A stretch of 56,528 nt of DNA, counting the filler, from Platydemus manokwari (lineage: Eukaryota), in assembly GCA_037951405.1 (NCBI GenBank). It is 4 parts of 4 records of this genome, joined end to end, with 100 filler letters (N's around TTAATTAATTAA, not from the genome) between each part and the next. Parts side by side here need not be neighbours in the genome. Positions count along the whole stretch, not along the records: positions 1 to 13,807 come from JBBMOY011615851.1; 3 more parts are not named here. One strand, given 5' to 3'. This document shows, piece after piece, positions 1 through 13,295 of the stretch. The position numbers and the translations under genes were made by a program. Every line of letters starts with the position of its first letter. Position 1 is the stretch's first letter. The notes under the pieces are model-generated. The model was not told the origin of the DNA and searched no databases. It worked only from the letters and a program-made list of their open reading frames with translations.

Positions 1-398
1 CCCTTGAAATCCAAACAACCGACCATTTTAAATTTTTGTAAAGGTACAACAATATTAATTTTATTACGAAATTTTATTCTTAAATTACTTGGACTTTGTT
101 TTTCAATACAAGCTAATTAAGAAAATAGATTAGAAAATTAATTTGACTTCCGTTTATTAAGAAATTCATTTGTTCGATTTCACTACTAATTTATAAAACG
201 AATTTTTTTGTTATCTAACGAAATAATGTTATGTTGTATTGAAAAATAAAATAATGATTTGAAAAATATTTTTTTAGAAATTATATCATGATAGAAATTA
301 ATTCCTTCAATTTATTTATAAATAATGACACCAATTAAAATATAATCATAACTCATCTTATATTCAGCAACTATGTAAAATAAATCATTTGTTGTCTA

Positions 399-632
399 TC
401 ATTTCTTTTTTGCTGGTTTCTTTTTGTCAGTAACAAGGTCAGCGGGTAATTTACCGGGAGGTAAATCTACCATTTCACCGTGACAGTTCGTTTGGTTGCA
501 AACAAAGCATTTATCTGGATCTGTCATTAAGCCTATAAAATCGCCATGTAAGCATTCGGAACAAAACCGAGTTCCACAGTATTTACATTTGAAAGTTGTA
601 CCAATTGCCAAACAATATTCCCATCGACACAT
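399..632 (-). CDS. Small Cys-rich putative zinc-binding protein (77 aa) with Lys-rich C-terminal tail
   Basis: Complete ATG..TGA ORF, richer in GC than its flanks. Motifs CxxxxC, CKYC, CSECLH and CFVC..C; tail KKKPAKKK. AATAAA on the - strand at 311-316, about 83 nt past the stop. Confidence 0.7.
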   Translation of the reverse strand: MCRWEYCLAIGTTFKCKYCGTRFCSECLHGDFIGLMTDPDKCFVCNQTNCHGEMVDLPPGKLPADLVTDKKKPAKKK

Positions 633-1348
633 TAAATTAATTTAAAGAATATTATTTAAACAATCTGTTCCAAAACGAAAATAATTTTGACATCAATTAA
701 AGAATACAATTAATATCTGCTTATAATAAAATTATGTTAATAATTTAATATTAAAAATAAATTTGCTGTTTAAATTTACAACTAAATTAAAATTATTTTT
801 AGATTATTTAGATGGATATCAATGAATAATGCTTAGCAACATATTATTTATTTTGTTATAACCCACTCGTATCGTGTACATACATCATTATACCAAATTT
901 ATCAGATATTACTGATTTTCAGTGCAAATGTCAATTGCTTTAACAATTGGCAACAATTTGCCCTTTGTTAAATAATTAGCTTTATTAACCTGATTAGTTT
1001 CAACGAATAGTAATAAGTATAATCCTGTAACTCTTGACTCAGTGTGAGCTTTCAACTCTTATAACAATTTATGTCATATAGTTAATATTCAACCATTTTG
1101 AATTGATTTAAAACTTGCAAGCTGATTTCAACTGATATCAGTACTCTCTAATTTATAAGTCAATCGATTATCTTGACATAGATCAAATCAAGACAGCTGT
1201 AAATAGTAACCAGAAGAAAATCAATGAAAATAAGTCATGTCACGGAATTGGCGTCATCATTGAAAAGTTAACGTGGATGGAAACGACTCCCAAAGAGGAA
1301 GATAAAATATTTGATTGTTTTAATCTTTTAATTGTTGAAAGTCACACC

Positions 1349-2130
1349 CAACTGAAATCCAAGAAAATCCAAAATCCAACTAAAATCCAATTTTAAACAC
1401 CTCTCAAAAATCAACCAACTAAAACACCAATTTCTTTAATCTGATTCCGACAATACAAAACACAAAAAACAGCAAAATATTCTACACAATCCCAATCATG
1501 CCTCAAGTTCAAACTCCGCGTTGTAAACTTTCAATCAAAATCTCAACAATCAAAAGCTGATTGAACTTCAAACTAAACTTTCATATTACCGAACTTTAAA
1601 CTTTAAAATACTTGCATCAGATGGGAAAATGATCCTTGTTTCAACAATAAATAATTTATATAATCTTCAACCTTTAGATATTTCAGTAATATTCAGGTAA
1701 TTTCGTCATTATACAAGTTAACAAAGCTCCCTAGGATCAGTAAAATCTAACAAATAACAAGTAATCGATACAAGTTACCAATTAATATGATGATTTACAT
1801 TGTAAAAATTTCTTTACTTTCAATAACTTTGATTAATTTTTAATTCCTTTAATTTGTGATCAATTTGTACATAACCATTCTCTCAATCAATCTGTGCACC
1901 TTTATCTTTGTGTTGAGGTTAGCCCCCAACTAAAACCCAAACTAAAATCCATACTAAAATCAACTAAATCTCAAATTCAATCATCAACATCTCTCCAAAA
2001 TCTAAAACCCAGACATTTATCAAAAAAACCTTTCAAATATCTACCCATTAAAACCCAAATCTAATTTCGACCGTACAAACCCATTCCAACAATGCAAACA
2101 TGAACCAGATTCCGACACAACCAAGCGTAA
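1349..2130. repeat. Degenerate direct duplication of a CA-rich block (about 580-bp offset), probable TE/LTR relic
   Basis: caactgaaatcc..aactaaaatcc..cacctctcaaaaatc at about 1349-1412 resembles caactaaaaccc..actaaaatcc..catctctccaaaatc at about 1927-2002. Downstream ttccgac(a) motifs are also shared. Confidence 0.4.
1668..1755 (+). repeat. Dispersed repeat copy, similar to 3292-3380
   Basis: aacctttagatatttcagtaatattcaggtaatttcgtcatt.. versus aaccttaagataattcagtaattttccggcaatttcgttatc.. Confidence 0.55.
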
Positions 2131-2496
2131 TCATTAATTTGAAATTCAATTCCAACTCAAAGCAAAATCAGTATTCTTTCATTTAACTTATCCACATTAA
2201 ACTGATATTTAAAACTGATCTCTAAACCTTTGAATTGATTTGCACTTTATTTTGCTTTAGCTCGAATGGGTTAATAGTAATAATAATATATAATAATATT
2301 AGTTTATAATTATCTTTAGTATGATTATGATTTTTAATAATTATCTCTTCATATCGTTATTGTTTTATAAATCTAATGAATTGTAAATCGGGAAAAGTAA
2401 AGAGAGACAACAAATTCTAAATAAATAATTAAAATTATGAACATTAATGAAAGCAAATAATATAAAATAATAATAATTGATTAAACAGAATTATCA

Positions 2497-2553
<57 letters not shown>
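2497..2553. repeat. (AAT)19 microsatellite
   Basis: Perfect AAT run. It explains the poly-Tyr in spurious ORF 2444..2770. Confidence 0.97.
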
Positions 2554-2557
<4 letters not shown>

Positions 2558-4861
2558 TCGCAATAAGTGATTCGAGAAAAATAAAATATTATCTGATTTT
2601 AAAAAGCGAATAAAAGTAGAATTGAGACAAAAATGATGAATTAAAATTTTTTCACATTTTATTGATAAATAAAAATAGTAACCAAACATTGAAGTGGAAA
2701 GTTTGGACAAATTACTGTATAAGAAATGAAAAAATTTGAAATAAATGGAAGCAGAACAAACGATAAGCATCAGTAAAAATAGTAAATATAAAGATAGAAT
2801 ATTTCATAACATTCATCTACTAAAAAACCCTAAATTAAGATTAAGAGCGGAAATTATTCGGATCAAAGATTATTAAAAGAAATATTTTGACGGAGGAAGA
2901 TTTTTTTTGAGAGTGAGTAAATTTTATATTTCAATATGCACTATTGTTATCTAAATTATTGTTAATTAGTTAATTAAATTAATTTACAGTTGCTTCCATT
3001 TGGTTTTTCCGAAATCCCTCAAGTGAATATTTTGTCGCAATCTACTTGTGTAGTGCGTTGCTCATTCTGGAAATTTTTGTGTTATGTTTACTATTGTTCT
3101 ACTTTTATTTTCCTAAATAAATCTTAATAATATTAATCGATTTATTAATTGTTTCATATCATTATATTCATAATATCTCAAGTGATCTCGAATAATAATA
3201 ATTTATATGATTGTGTAAGTTCAATGCCAAACATGTATGTTGCAGGGGGCACATAATAATTGTTGCCACAATCAATAATCTATATTAGCTTTAACCTTAA
3301 GATAATTCAGTAATTTTCCGGCAATTTCGTTATCACGTGAGTTACTGAGACCCCCTTGAACCAATAAAAGCTAATAATCACCAAAACCCCAATATAATTC
3401 AATGTTTTTGTTCCATCAATATGTGTTTTTGATCAATTTGTTTCACAATTTTTGCCATTATTTGCGAATAAGTAGTGGATATAGGCAAATGAATATAGGC
3501 AAGGTGACTTACAAAATTCTCCAGAAACATTTATATTTAATAATGAATAACTATTAAGACAAATTGTACTGGAATAAATCAATTGAATTTACAAGTTCGT
3601 TGAAAAATGTGTCTAGCAATAACATCAATTCTGCATCAATAAATATTTCGTTTGAAACAAGTGAAATGATTAAAAAAATATGATCTTAAGTCGTGCAAAA
3701 AATAAACTTTTAAGATGAATTAAACATTTTTTGTGAGTCGGTACTATTTTAAAAACCACACATTTAAAATGAACTGAAAAGCCAAGACATCAGATTATAT
3801 TTAAATACGAATATTTAAACAAATTAATTTGATTTTATACAAAAAATTTATACAGAATTAAATTTCATATAAAATTAAATCTTTAAAATTTTTAATTCAA
3901 TTTAAAATGCTCATATTATTGATGTCTTTATTATATTTTCTCAACTTGATACTGTGGCCACTAATTCTCATTTTAATAGAGACTTTTAAAGTTATCTTTG
4001 TTGCTGTTTTGTTTCAGTAGGATTATTTCGTGATGTATTTATATTGCTGTATTTATATGCAATTGATGTATTTATATGCAATCAACAATGGAAGTTTGCT
4101 GATCGTAATATCAAAAATTTCGAAAAATTAAATAAAAAACTTTACATGATATTAATAAAATTTTGCTATGTGTTCGAAATAATGCCCCCAATATTTTGTC
4201 TTTATAAAAAATTGGTTATAACAAATCCGCAATTTACAAACAACAAAATCGAAACAACTATTTAATGCATATTTATATTGTTATTCGAGTCTACTTCGAG
4301 TAAACTGAGAAAGAGTAAGATTATTAATGCGTTTTTGATCTAGTAGACTAATCCTTAGTTAATATCTTGGGAGTCGGGTATTTGAGAAACATTTTTACAA
4401 ATTGTACATTTCTATTTGAAACTACATAATTAGTTTTTTTCTGTACATTATTTATTTTATTTAATCAGAGGCTTTCGAATAACAACTTTCTAATTGGATA
4501 ATGATTTTCATTTGGTACATATCTACAGAAATGCAACACAACAAAATGTGTTGACGATAAGCTTCTTAAATGATATTAACAAATGATAAGTAAATTTTTA
4601 AGCAGTAAAGCATTTCTTACAAAAAGAATCGACTCTTGAGAAATAGGTCAGTCTTTTATGGTCTTTAACTTTTGTGATAAACTATATAAATATCTTTCAT
4701 CCATTCCCAGTTACCTTGTGTTGTGATTATCAGACTTCTATTTTGTGTTTAATACTTTCATTCATTCATTTTGAAGTGCTTTTTTTCATCAAAGTAATAT
4801 AATCAATTTATACTGAAAAATTCAATTTGTTAAAATATTCGACCACATAACGTCACATTTA

Positions 4862-4960
4862 CGGGGATTGACCAACCCCAGTCATGATAGGTCAACAAAC
4901 CAGTTAGAGTCGAGTAAAACATAATATCAAATAAAGGCCTATCACACGCAACATACAAAA
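4862..4960 (+). repeat. Dispersed repeat family with G(G/A)GATTGACCAATC(C/T)C palindrome, copy 1
   Basis: ggggattgaccaaccccagtca followed by an AC-rich tract. Related copies at about 7193, 7958 and 52580 (-). Confidence 0.55.
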
Positions 4961-5364
4961 ACTCCTGACTATAAATTACCTTACAAATATGGGCCTTTGC
5001 CAGATGAAGCCAGTTGAGAGAATCATATAAACTGGTTTTTCGTCTGTTGAAGCCAATAAAAATTTTAGTCACAACTTCGGTTTTATTTAATATATAAATA
5101 ATAAAATAGGTTTTTTGAATTTCTTTGCTTATATATGTTGTCGTAATATTTTAATAGGGACCTTGGTCTTTTCTTCCAATTTTTCCATTCGTAATTTCTT
5201 AATTTTATCTTGATTATTATTTTTATCAATTTGAATCGTTTAGTAACTGATAACTACATAACAATTTTAATTAGAGAAAATATAAATAAATAAACTGTGA
5301 TATATTTTATATTTTAATCTTTTTACTTTAATTTTAAAGACATTTTTACAATGGTAATTATTAA

Positions 5365-5643
5365 CACGATGGCGGACACTTGCGTCTATAACCGTCAAAG
5401 CGAAGTTCATTATGTGGCATGACGACAATAGCCATCTAAAACGAAACGGTCTTTTTTGGACAATGCGGCTTTAGCAGCACAAATGTGCATTTACTGGCGT
5501 ACAAGGAGAAGACTAGTGTCATGTTTTGGAAACAATTCTTTCGGCTGACTATTGTTTTCCACCTATTACACGACTTGCAGCTTAAGTATGCACATACACT
5601 GTTAAATTTCGAACTTCATTTGTTCCTACTGTCCGTCAATGTG
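5365..5643. mobile_element. piggyBac-like non-autonomous element (279 bp)
   Basis: TTAA on both sides (5361-5364, 5644-5647). Imperfect TIR CACGATGGCGGACA / CACATTGACGGACA (11/14). The interior has a decayed Cys/His pattern (YCF..FHLLH across a frameshift) resembling the piggyBac C-terminal Cys-rich domain. Confidence 0.7.
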
Positions 5644-7187
5644 TTAAATAAGTTATATAATATTACTATTATCATATTTCCAATAAATAACGAATTTATT
5701 AACTAAATAATTTTAAAATTTAAAATAATTTTAAAACAAAGAACATTTTAATAATTGTTCGAAGCACTTTTAGTCAGCCAATCATTGCGAATTCGTTCCT
5801 TCTAGCCATGATATTTACATTCATAAAGTGACATAACACCGACTCCAAAATCATAAGCGATATTTCCAACCATTGGCCAACATATTGATTATGTAATATT
5901 AAATTAATAAATACATTTCGAAAATTTATTTTAACTTATTAATGAACCGATGTAATTATTGAAACATTTGTCCATTAAACAATTACGAAAAATACTTTTG
6001 AATTTCAAAATCAATTACCTAACAATTATTATTTTCTACTTAATAAGTCAATCCTATCGATGACAAAATAATTTTTCAATAATAATTTGTCTCAGTACTT
6101 TTCTCTTCGACAATATTATAACATTATTTATTTAATGCTTTTATAAAATAGATCTTTGGACCATTTGATTAAATTTTCAGTCATGTATATTGTGAGGCTT
6201 TAAATCTAAATGTTAGCAGCTAACATATATTAAAACAATATTAAACCATTATTGGAATTTCAAAATTGGTTAATAAATTTTTTGATTGTTTTCAAGAGTA
6301 AATAATTGTTGAGTGTTATAATCAACAATTAGACCTGCAAATCATATCAAATAAAATGTTACAAGCTCAATCACAATAACTATAGTTAAACAATTTTTAC
6401 AATCAATGATAGCCTGTCACATAAGATGGAATAAGAAGTCAAAGACAGAATGGAAAGCAACTAAAATGATTGGTTACTGAAAATCCAGAAAAGTTAAGAA
6501 TAATACACAATAAGACTATATTACTCAAAAATATTACAATCGTAATCTCAACAACCACAAATAAATCTTTACAAATCACAATGGTTAATAACGCTAGACG
6601 AGATCAACACCCGAAAGTCAAAAACAAAATAGAAATTATCAAGAAGACTGATTACTGAAAATCACACAAAGATAAGTTTAATACTCGAGTTACCGAACCA
6701 AAGGACTGGCAGTTACTCATGGAACTCAACTTCTTTTATAGGTCTATCGGGTGTGTCTGCTTGATGTCACGGATTTTCTTTTCCAATTCACTGAATTTGT
6801 TCGTAGATAGGTCTACTTGAAATTTTCCTCGCATCTCTCATCACATTGGCGGATATTTGAGGTGGCCACCATCTGTAGTTATGTGCCTGTCGATTCTTAG
6901 CTTCTAAACATGGATTAATATTAGAACGAATCTGATTAGCTGACGGCACATGTGCTTATCGGATGTGTTTGTCGACCATTGTTCTGACTGTATTTCAATA
7001 AGAAATTTAAAGGAAGCCTATTTCTATAAACATGTTGAGTAGAGATGAAATCTCACAAAAAAACGATTTTGCAACTTGTTTTAGCACTTTAATCATTTGC
7101 TTGCCTAAATAACCATATGTATAGCAACCAACCAATCACAACTGACTTAAATGAAAAATACGGATTAAAAAATGGACACAGTACCAT

Positions 7188-7340
7188 GCACATAGGGATT
7201 GACCAATCTCGAGTCACGAAATCAATAAATTCAAATCAAAGTGATACAAAAGTTACACAGAAATCTCAAGTATAAATACTAATGTAAAGATGTCAGTTGG
7301 AAGTCAAGTTTTATGTTGCTGTGTTATGTTGATTTATGAA
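7188..7340 (+). repeat. Dispersed palindrome-repeat family, copy 2
   Basis: catagggattgaccaatctcgagtca..caaatcaaagtgatacaaaa..tgtcagttggaagtcaagtt, colinear with the 52440-52615 (-) copy. Confidence 0.65.
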
Positions 7341-7949
7341 GTTTTTGTGAAGTTTTGGACTTGTTCGTGTTAGTATTACTCTTTAATTAAATACTGATTG
7401 CAACCTGCGATTCTTTTGAAATCCAAGAAACATAAGTCAAGGATAAAGAGTAAAAAGGTAAGTTAGTAAAAAGGTGTTAGTCTGAGGATCGTGTATTATT
7501 ATAGATACCTCTCTAGATACAAATAACAATGACAGATAATAAAGATTATAAAAGATTTATAGTTTTCCTATTTTAAAATGTTTAGTATAGATTCTTCTTC
7601 AAGTAATAATAATAACATAAATTTTTCCTAAATTTTTTAAATTTTTTAATTTAAAAATAAATAAAAATAAAATAAATTAAATACAAAAATACATGATAAA
7701 TAAAGAAAAACTAAAAGTAGAAATCTGCAATAAAAAGATACGAAAATAATACTTTTAAAATATAAAAATAGAAAATTAATGTTAATATGGAGTAAAGATG
7801 AACACCCATACAAATACGATTATGGCACCATGAAACAATACACATTATCCTTGATGTTTTCCACATATACGCATAAGCATATAAGTCAATCAATTAGAGA
7901 AAATATAATTTGTAGATTTCAATTCCAAAAAGAGATAACTACATAACAA

Positions 7950-8080
7950 CACACGCATAGAGATTGACCAATCTCGATTATGGAAAATCGATAAATTAAA
8001 TTGGAATTTGTGTAATGAAATATCAAATAAAAATATAACATACAAAAATACATACAAATTTCACATGTCAAAAGTATAAA
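7950..8080 (+). repeat. Dispersed palindrome-repeat family, copy 3
   Basis: catagagattgaccaatctcga..aatatcaaataaaa..acaaaaatacataca. Confidence 0.6.
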
Positions 8081-9282
8081 TATTTAATTTCCAACGAAAA
8101 AGAATGATTTTTGAAAAATTAATGAATAACAAGACATCAATTCTAATATTACAATCAAAATGTAACCCATTTGCAACTGATTCAAAGAGACTTTATATCA
8201 CGAGAACAAGCAATTTTGCAATTTTAGAATTTTAAATTTTTAAAATGCACTTCATTATTGTAATCATTTTATAAGCTGTTGTAAATTTTTTAAAACCATT
8301 TCTCTGCCTTGAATCCAGTCCAACCAATAAATAAATCTTAACTTCTGGTTAAATTGAGCCACAACACTTAATTATTGGAACATTAAACCAAACCACCTTA
8401 AAATCTTCATTGAAACAAGAAGCCTCTTAAGTGTGCACGAATAAGAGTCGAACTCAAAATCTATTGTAATTATTAGAATCAACAACAATATAATTCTCAA
8501 TAATAATTTAAATAAATTTACCCCTAGTTATTTGTAATCTTTAAAGTATTGTTGATTTTTTTACTTCAATATTTTATTGCAGAAATTGCCATTTGAAGTT
8601 ATATCTTATTATTGATATTATTTATTTATTTATGATTCATACATAAGTGTCAAAAAATCTAATTACTGTCATTGTTAAATGATAAAAATCTGAACAGAAA
8701 ATCTGCGGATTTATCCAGAAATTATTTCTCTAGATCAAACAATTGTTAATCTATTAATATCGATATATTATAAATATGGACTTTCACAATATATGTGCAA
8801 TTTTCGTCAAAGAGATCAGCAAAATCTACAGTACTCTGAAATGAAATTAATCGATAACCCTATCCATTGATAAATCAATTATTATATTTAGAATTGTTGG
8901 TATTTGATATGTTATAATCAGACTATATAAAGGTTAGAGAATTAAAGTTGATCTTATCTATGAAAAACTTATCAATATAGTTTATTGAATAAATTATTAA
9001 GATAATTCTTCAATCCATTAACAAATCATACAGAAATTAAATATTCACAAAATATAAATAACATTAAAATCATTCGATTTTAAATCATCTGTGATAGTAT
9101 TAAATATTTGATAGTGTTTGCAAGCTTATTATGAAATTATTTCTAGATATACACTTTTAATTATGAATACCAAAATTTCCCTTTCCCATTTATGTGAAGT
9201 CCTTAAAATTGTGGATAACTACTTCCTGTAATTAACAGTTACTGCCAATGAATAAATATTCTTTTCTTTTCTCAAGTAAATA

Positions 9283-10815
9283 ATGAAATTTCTTGATTAT
9301 CTGTCATCGGAAGAAAGACCTTGGTTCAAATGGCATTACTTTGTTAATCTTCGAAGAAATCTCACCATATTTAGTGCTATTTTTCTAAGCATCGTTTTAT
9401 CTGGGAAAGGTCGATGTTTTGGAGTCGTTTTGGCACATTTTCAAAACAAAACATGCCAATCACCAGCCCATTCGTGTTCGATTTCGTTTCTCAATTTCAT
9501 AGGAGACTTTAGTGTTGCTATTGCGTTAGCAGGAAGTATTTTTGTAAGTGGATTCCTCTTAAGATTCAGGACACCAGCTCTGGGAGGAAGAATATCTGTT
9601 CAATGCGCTACAGTCATACTGATGGGTTGTTTGGCAACTAATTTCACAACTCAACCCGACACACTTATTGTTACGGACTCTTTGATTCAAGGCATTGGAA
9701 CTTCAGTTATAGTGACAATAATAGCTACTCGATTAACAGAATTATTTCCAAGAGAAAGTAAATATCACGTTTTGGTGAGTGCGTTCACTGATGCTGGACC
9801 TTGGGGAACAGTAATTATCTGTCCTTTATTCGGAGTTATTCTTCAAACGACGCATTGGCAACAAGTTTATATATTTTTTGCAGTCTTACTGGTATTTGGA
9901 ATTATCCTTGTTACTATAGTTGAACCGAAAAATTATGATCAACCGTTAAAATCTATTTATAAAGTGGAAGAACCCAATGTTCCTGGACCATCATCTAGAT
10001 GTCCAGATCATCCCGATCAACCGTGTACATCATATGAAGAAGTAAATGAAATTGAATTCTGGGAAAATGAGCCATCAATATATTCAATTAGTTCTGATGA
10101 CCGCAGTGACGAACATGTCGCACCGCCGTTATTGGAAAACATTTCTCCTCCACCTGAAATGACAAGTTTTTTTTCCAATCCCGAAATTCGAAGCATTTTT
10201 CGAGAAGGAACTTCACTGTTGTGGTTACTAGAAAGAGCAATTCATACAATGGTTTTGTATAACATTGTATTAAATTTGGTAGATTATATGGTCGTAGAAA
10301 TTCAAGAAAGCTTGGAGAAAGCATCTTTAATAATGATGTCATTCGGTGGTGGCGAAGTTATTGGTTTTATCATAGCTGTGAGTTTAGGAGATCAATTACG
10401 TCATCACTTGTTACACATTTATACGATAGCTACGGCATTGTTAACGATCTTGTTCCTTGGTTGGCACATTGCTCAAGCTATACATATTGATACATTCGCA
10501 AATGGTGACGCCCATTTTCTGGCATTATTATGCGGCCTAATTATGGCTTTCACCAGTGGATATACTTATGCTTTGGCAGAAGATGTGTTATCTCGTCCAG
10601 GAATTATTGCATACCCCGTAACAAGATTTTTTCAAGCATTGGGTCTATTGTTCGCTCCACTTACTTCAGGTGTTGTGATTGAATTTGATCAATACAAGTC
10701 ATTCTTTTTGATACAAAGCGTTCTTACTTCGGTTCGGTTTATACTACTTGGATTACTGATTTATAAACTCAATCAAAAGAAAACCATCCACAACGATTCT
10801 TGTACAATCAAGTGA
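9283..10815 (+). CDS. Intronless MFS transporter, SLC16/monocarboxylate-transporter-like (510 aa)
   Basis: About 12 hydrophobic segments in two blocks separated by a long hydrophilic central loop. TM1-2 'GRCFGVVLAHF' resembles the MCT 'SFGVF' region; 'SLGDQL' is an MFS loop-like motif. AATAAA at about 10905. Confidence 0.85.
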   Translation: MKFLDYLSSEERPWFKWHYFVNLRRNLTIFSAIFLSIVLSGKGRCFGVVLAHFQNKTCQSPAHSCSISFLNFIGDFSVAIALAGSIFVSGFLLRFRTPALGGRISVQCATVILMGCLATNFTTQPDTLIVTDSLIQGIGTSVIVTIIATRLTELFPRESKYHVLVSAFTDAGPWGTVIICPLFGVILQTTHWQQVYIFFAVLLVFGIILVTIVEPKNYDQPLKSIYKVEEPNVPGPSSRCPDHPDQPCTSYEEVNEIEFWENEPSIYSISSDDRSDEHVAPPLLENISPPPEMTSFFSNPEIRSIFREGTSLLWLLERAIHTMVLYNIVLNLVDYMVVEIQESLEKASLIMMSFGGGEVIGFIIAVSLGDQLRHHLLHIYTIATALLTILFLGWHIAQAIHIDTFANGDAHFLALLCGLIMAFTSGYTYALAEDVLSRPGIIAYPVTRFFQALGLLFAPLTSGVVIEFDQYKSFFLIQSVLTSVRFILLGLLIYKLNQKKTIHNDSCTIK

Positions 10816-12849
10816 GGACAAATTCCTGTGTTCAATTCAATTCATATAGTAATATATATTGTTAGAGAAACGATTTTTTGCAATATTATGTTAATATAAC
10901 TACAAATAAAATATAATCTTTGTTTTAAAAATAACAATTATTTAATCAATTACCGATAGTCATCAACAGTCGGATGATTATCATTTAATATTGAAATTTA
11001 TAATTGAAAAATTTTGAAAATATCTTTAAACATTGTATCCATAATTTTGATATCATTTTCCAATTGTTATAAATAGTTATCTCATTTGTACTGAACAAGC
11101 ATTTGTTGGAATTGTTTACCATGCCAACACGCTTTTAACTCTATTGTCTGTCGTTTCACTAAGAAGTCAAATTTTTATCAATCATATAATACATAAATTG
11201 TTTATATGGGAGAAGCGTTTGTTTAAAATTCGACTTGTACTGACTCATTTAACATACCCGAAAATCATAAATTATTTTCAATAAGATTGTAATCAATTTT
11301 GCATTATTATACATAGTAACTTACACTAGAGTTTGTATAATGTTTTTCTAGGCAATTTTGAAGTAAAGAGGTTGAAAAATTGTTAATTTTTTTGTTGGAA
11401 ACTGCCTATGTAAGTTAACATACTTATTTAAGTTTTAATAATAAAGTTTAATAATAAGTTTGCTACCAAGTACGAACAAAACAAGTCGTTCAAATCTGAC
11501 TGCATCTCTTTATTTACTTAACACTAAAAAGTTGGTTCTTTGTTTAAAAAGTGAATTTTTATAATAATAATAATATTAATAATGTACACTCTTAAATATA
11601 AGTATTATTAAGTCAAGTCTAGTAATTTATCTTTGTGCTAGGTTGAACTACTTTGTAGTGTTTCATTCTGTAGCATACTCTCTAGACAATTATGAGCGAT
11701 ATAATAATAGACCTTTAACGTCTTCAACTTGTATGTTACCTTTATTATTCTATCAGCTCTATTATCACGAGCTGACTAATCATCTTTAATACAAATACTA
11801 AATTATTGCCTATAATATACTCTTGATATTTGTCTTGGTTTGGTTTTTGAATTGGCAAGGACCACTAATTTCCCGAAGTGCCAAAAATGATCCAAAACGA
11901 TTAATATCAACTAAGTTTTATTTATTTATTCAAGAATATAAATATTTATTATCTATACATGTGTTGGGTTGTATGTGATGTTAAAAGTTGTTTTGTCAAC
12001 TCAACAGTTTGAGTTCCCTTACTATATTTAAATTGAAAGATCGTAAATAAATAACACTCAAACTTGTTAAAAATTTTATTTATCGCAAAAAACAAATTTA
12101 CACACAGAAAAATTTAACTCAAATGATTAACTCACTCTATGAATTTTATATAAACAAATAGGTAAGGTTATCTCACAGAGACCGTGAGTACCCAAAACTT
12201 GCACCTTAAAAGTTTAATATAGATTTTAATAGATATATTGGCTTCAAAGAGAGATCCTTGAGAATTTAATTATAATTTGTTTAGATTTACTTTACAAATA
12301 TCAATGTAATATTATTGGTTCTTTACCGTTCGATTCAACTGTTCACTTTCAATATCTATGTCGTGAACTATGATATCGCTGTATCGAGTTTTTTGAGAGT
12401 GAATTTTGATGGAAATCCATCAGCTTATATAGATGCTAAGATTCGTTACTTTGTACTTAGGATTTTCCATCATTATTGTAAATTTTTAACCATTATTTTA
12501 CCTTAGACCCTAAATGTTTATATTTTTAAAAGTTCTAAATCTTAAAATTTTTATTAAATTGTCTGACCTTAAAAATTTTATTATTAAATAATTAACCTTA
12601 AAAATTAAAAATTAAATTTCTTTTTCACTCTTTGTCTTGGTCCTTATTGATTTATAAATAATAATATATATGTTTTTATATCTGATTATAATAATATATA
12701 TTTTTTATTCCGCATTTTAAAATCATTTATTTTTACATGAATAATTACATATCAAAAACGGTAATTACACATCATGAAAATTCTGTACAAATCAAAGATA
12801 CACAGTTAAAAGAGTCAAATTATCAAATGATTAAATCAAGTTATCATCA

Positions 12850-13295
12850 GTTATCATCACATAATATTATAAAAGTCATTATTGGGAATTTTCTGGATTC
12901 GAACTTTCGAAGTTCGCAGATTACGGTCCTAATTCTCGCCGAAATCAGGTATACAAATCCACACTCCAGCTCTGGGTGGCCCAAGTCTCCCATTTTTGGG
13001 TTTGGCTTTATAGGTTTTATAACAATTGGTGTACCGGGTCTTTGTTGTCTGGGGAGTGTTCTTGGTTTCTTAAACACGGGTTCTTTGGGCGATTTGCTCA
13101 TCGATTTTTTAGGTGGCTGCTGTTGTTACTGTTGCTGTTGCCTCCATTCACTATAGTATCTAATGGAGTATGGAGTCTTTTCTTTTTCGCTCTTCTCACT
13201 GTCTTAGTCGCTCCTTATTGTTTTCCCAGCAATATTAAGGGGTATCTAATAGTTGGTTTTAAAAATATTTCATGTGAATTTTCGTTATCTGAATA
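12850..13295 (-). pseudogene. Decayed Lys/Pro/Gln-rich coding fragment, gene or TE remnant
   Basis: Island of raised GC. The minus frame reads ..SEKSEKEKTPYSIRYYSEWRQQQQ*QQQPPKKSMSKSPKEPVFKKPR.., with an in-frame TAA at 13126-13128 and further stops upstream. Confidence 0.35.

Noticed and set aside
2444-2770. 108-aa poly-Tyr ORF
   Set aside because: Product of the (AAT)19 microsatellite in AT-rich DNA.
6415-7037. TG...CA-bounded solo-LTR candidate
   Set aside because: No target-site duplication, and no second full copy in the window.
10088-10342. Antisense or alternate-frame ORFs inside real genes (also 15478, 16141, 21474, 21624, 22113, 24627, 24820, 25198, 25575)
   Set aside because: Shadow ORFs of coding sequence with no independent motifs.
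13126-13128. TAA within a Gln run, suggesting a ciliate-type genetic code
   Set aside because: Intact genes in the window end in TAA or TAG and their long ORFs have no internal TAA. A CAA>TAA mutation is the simpler explanation.
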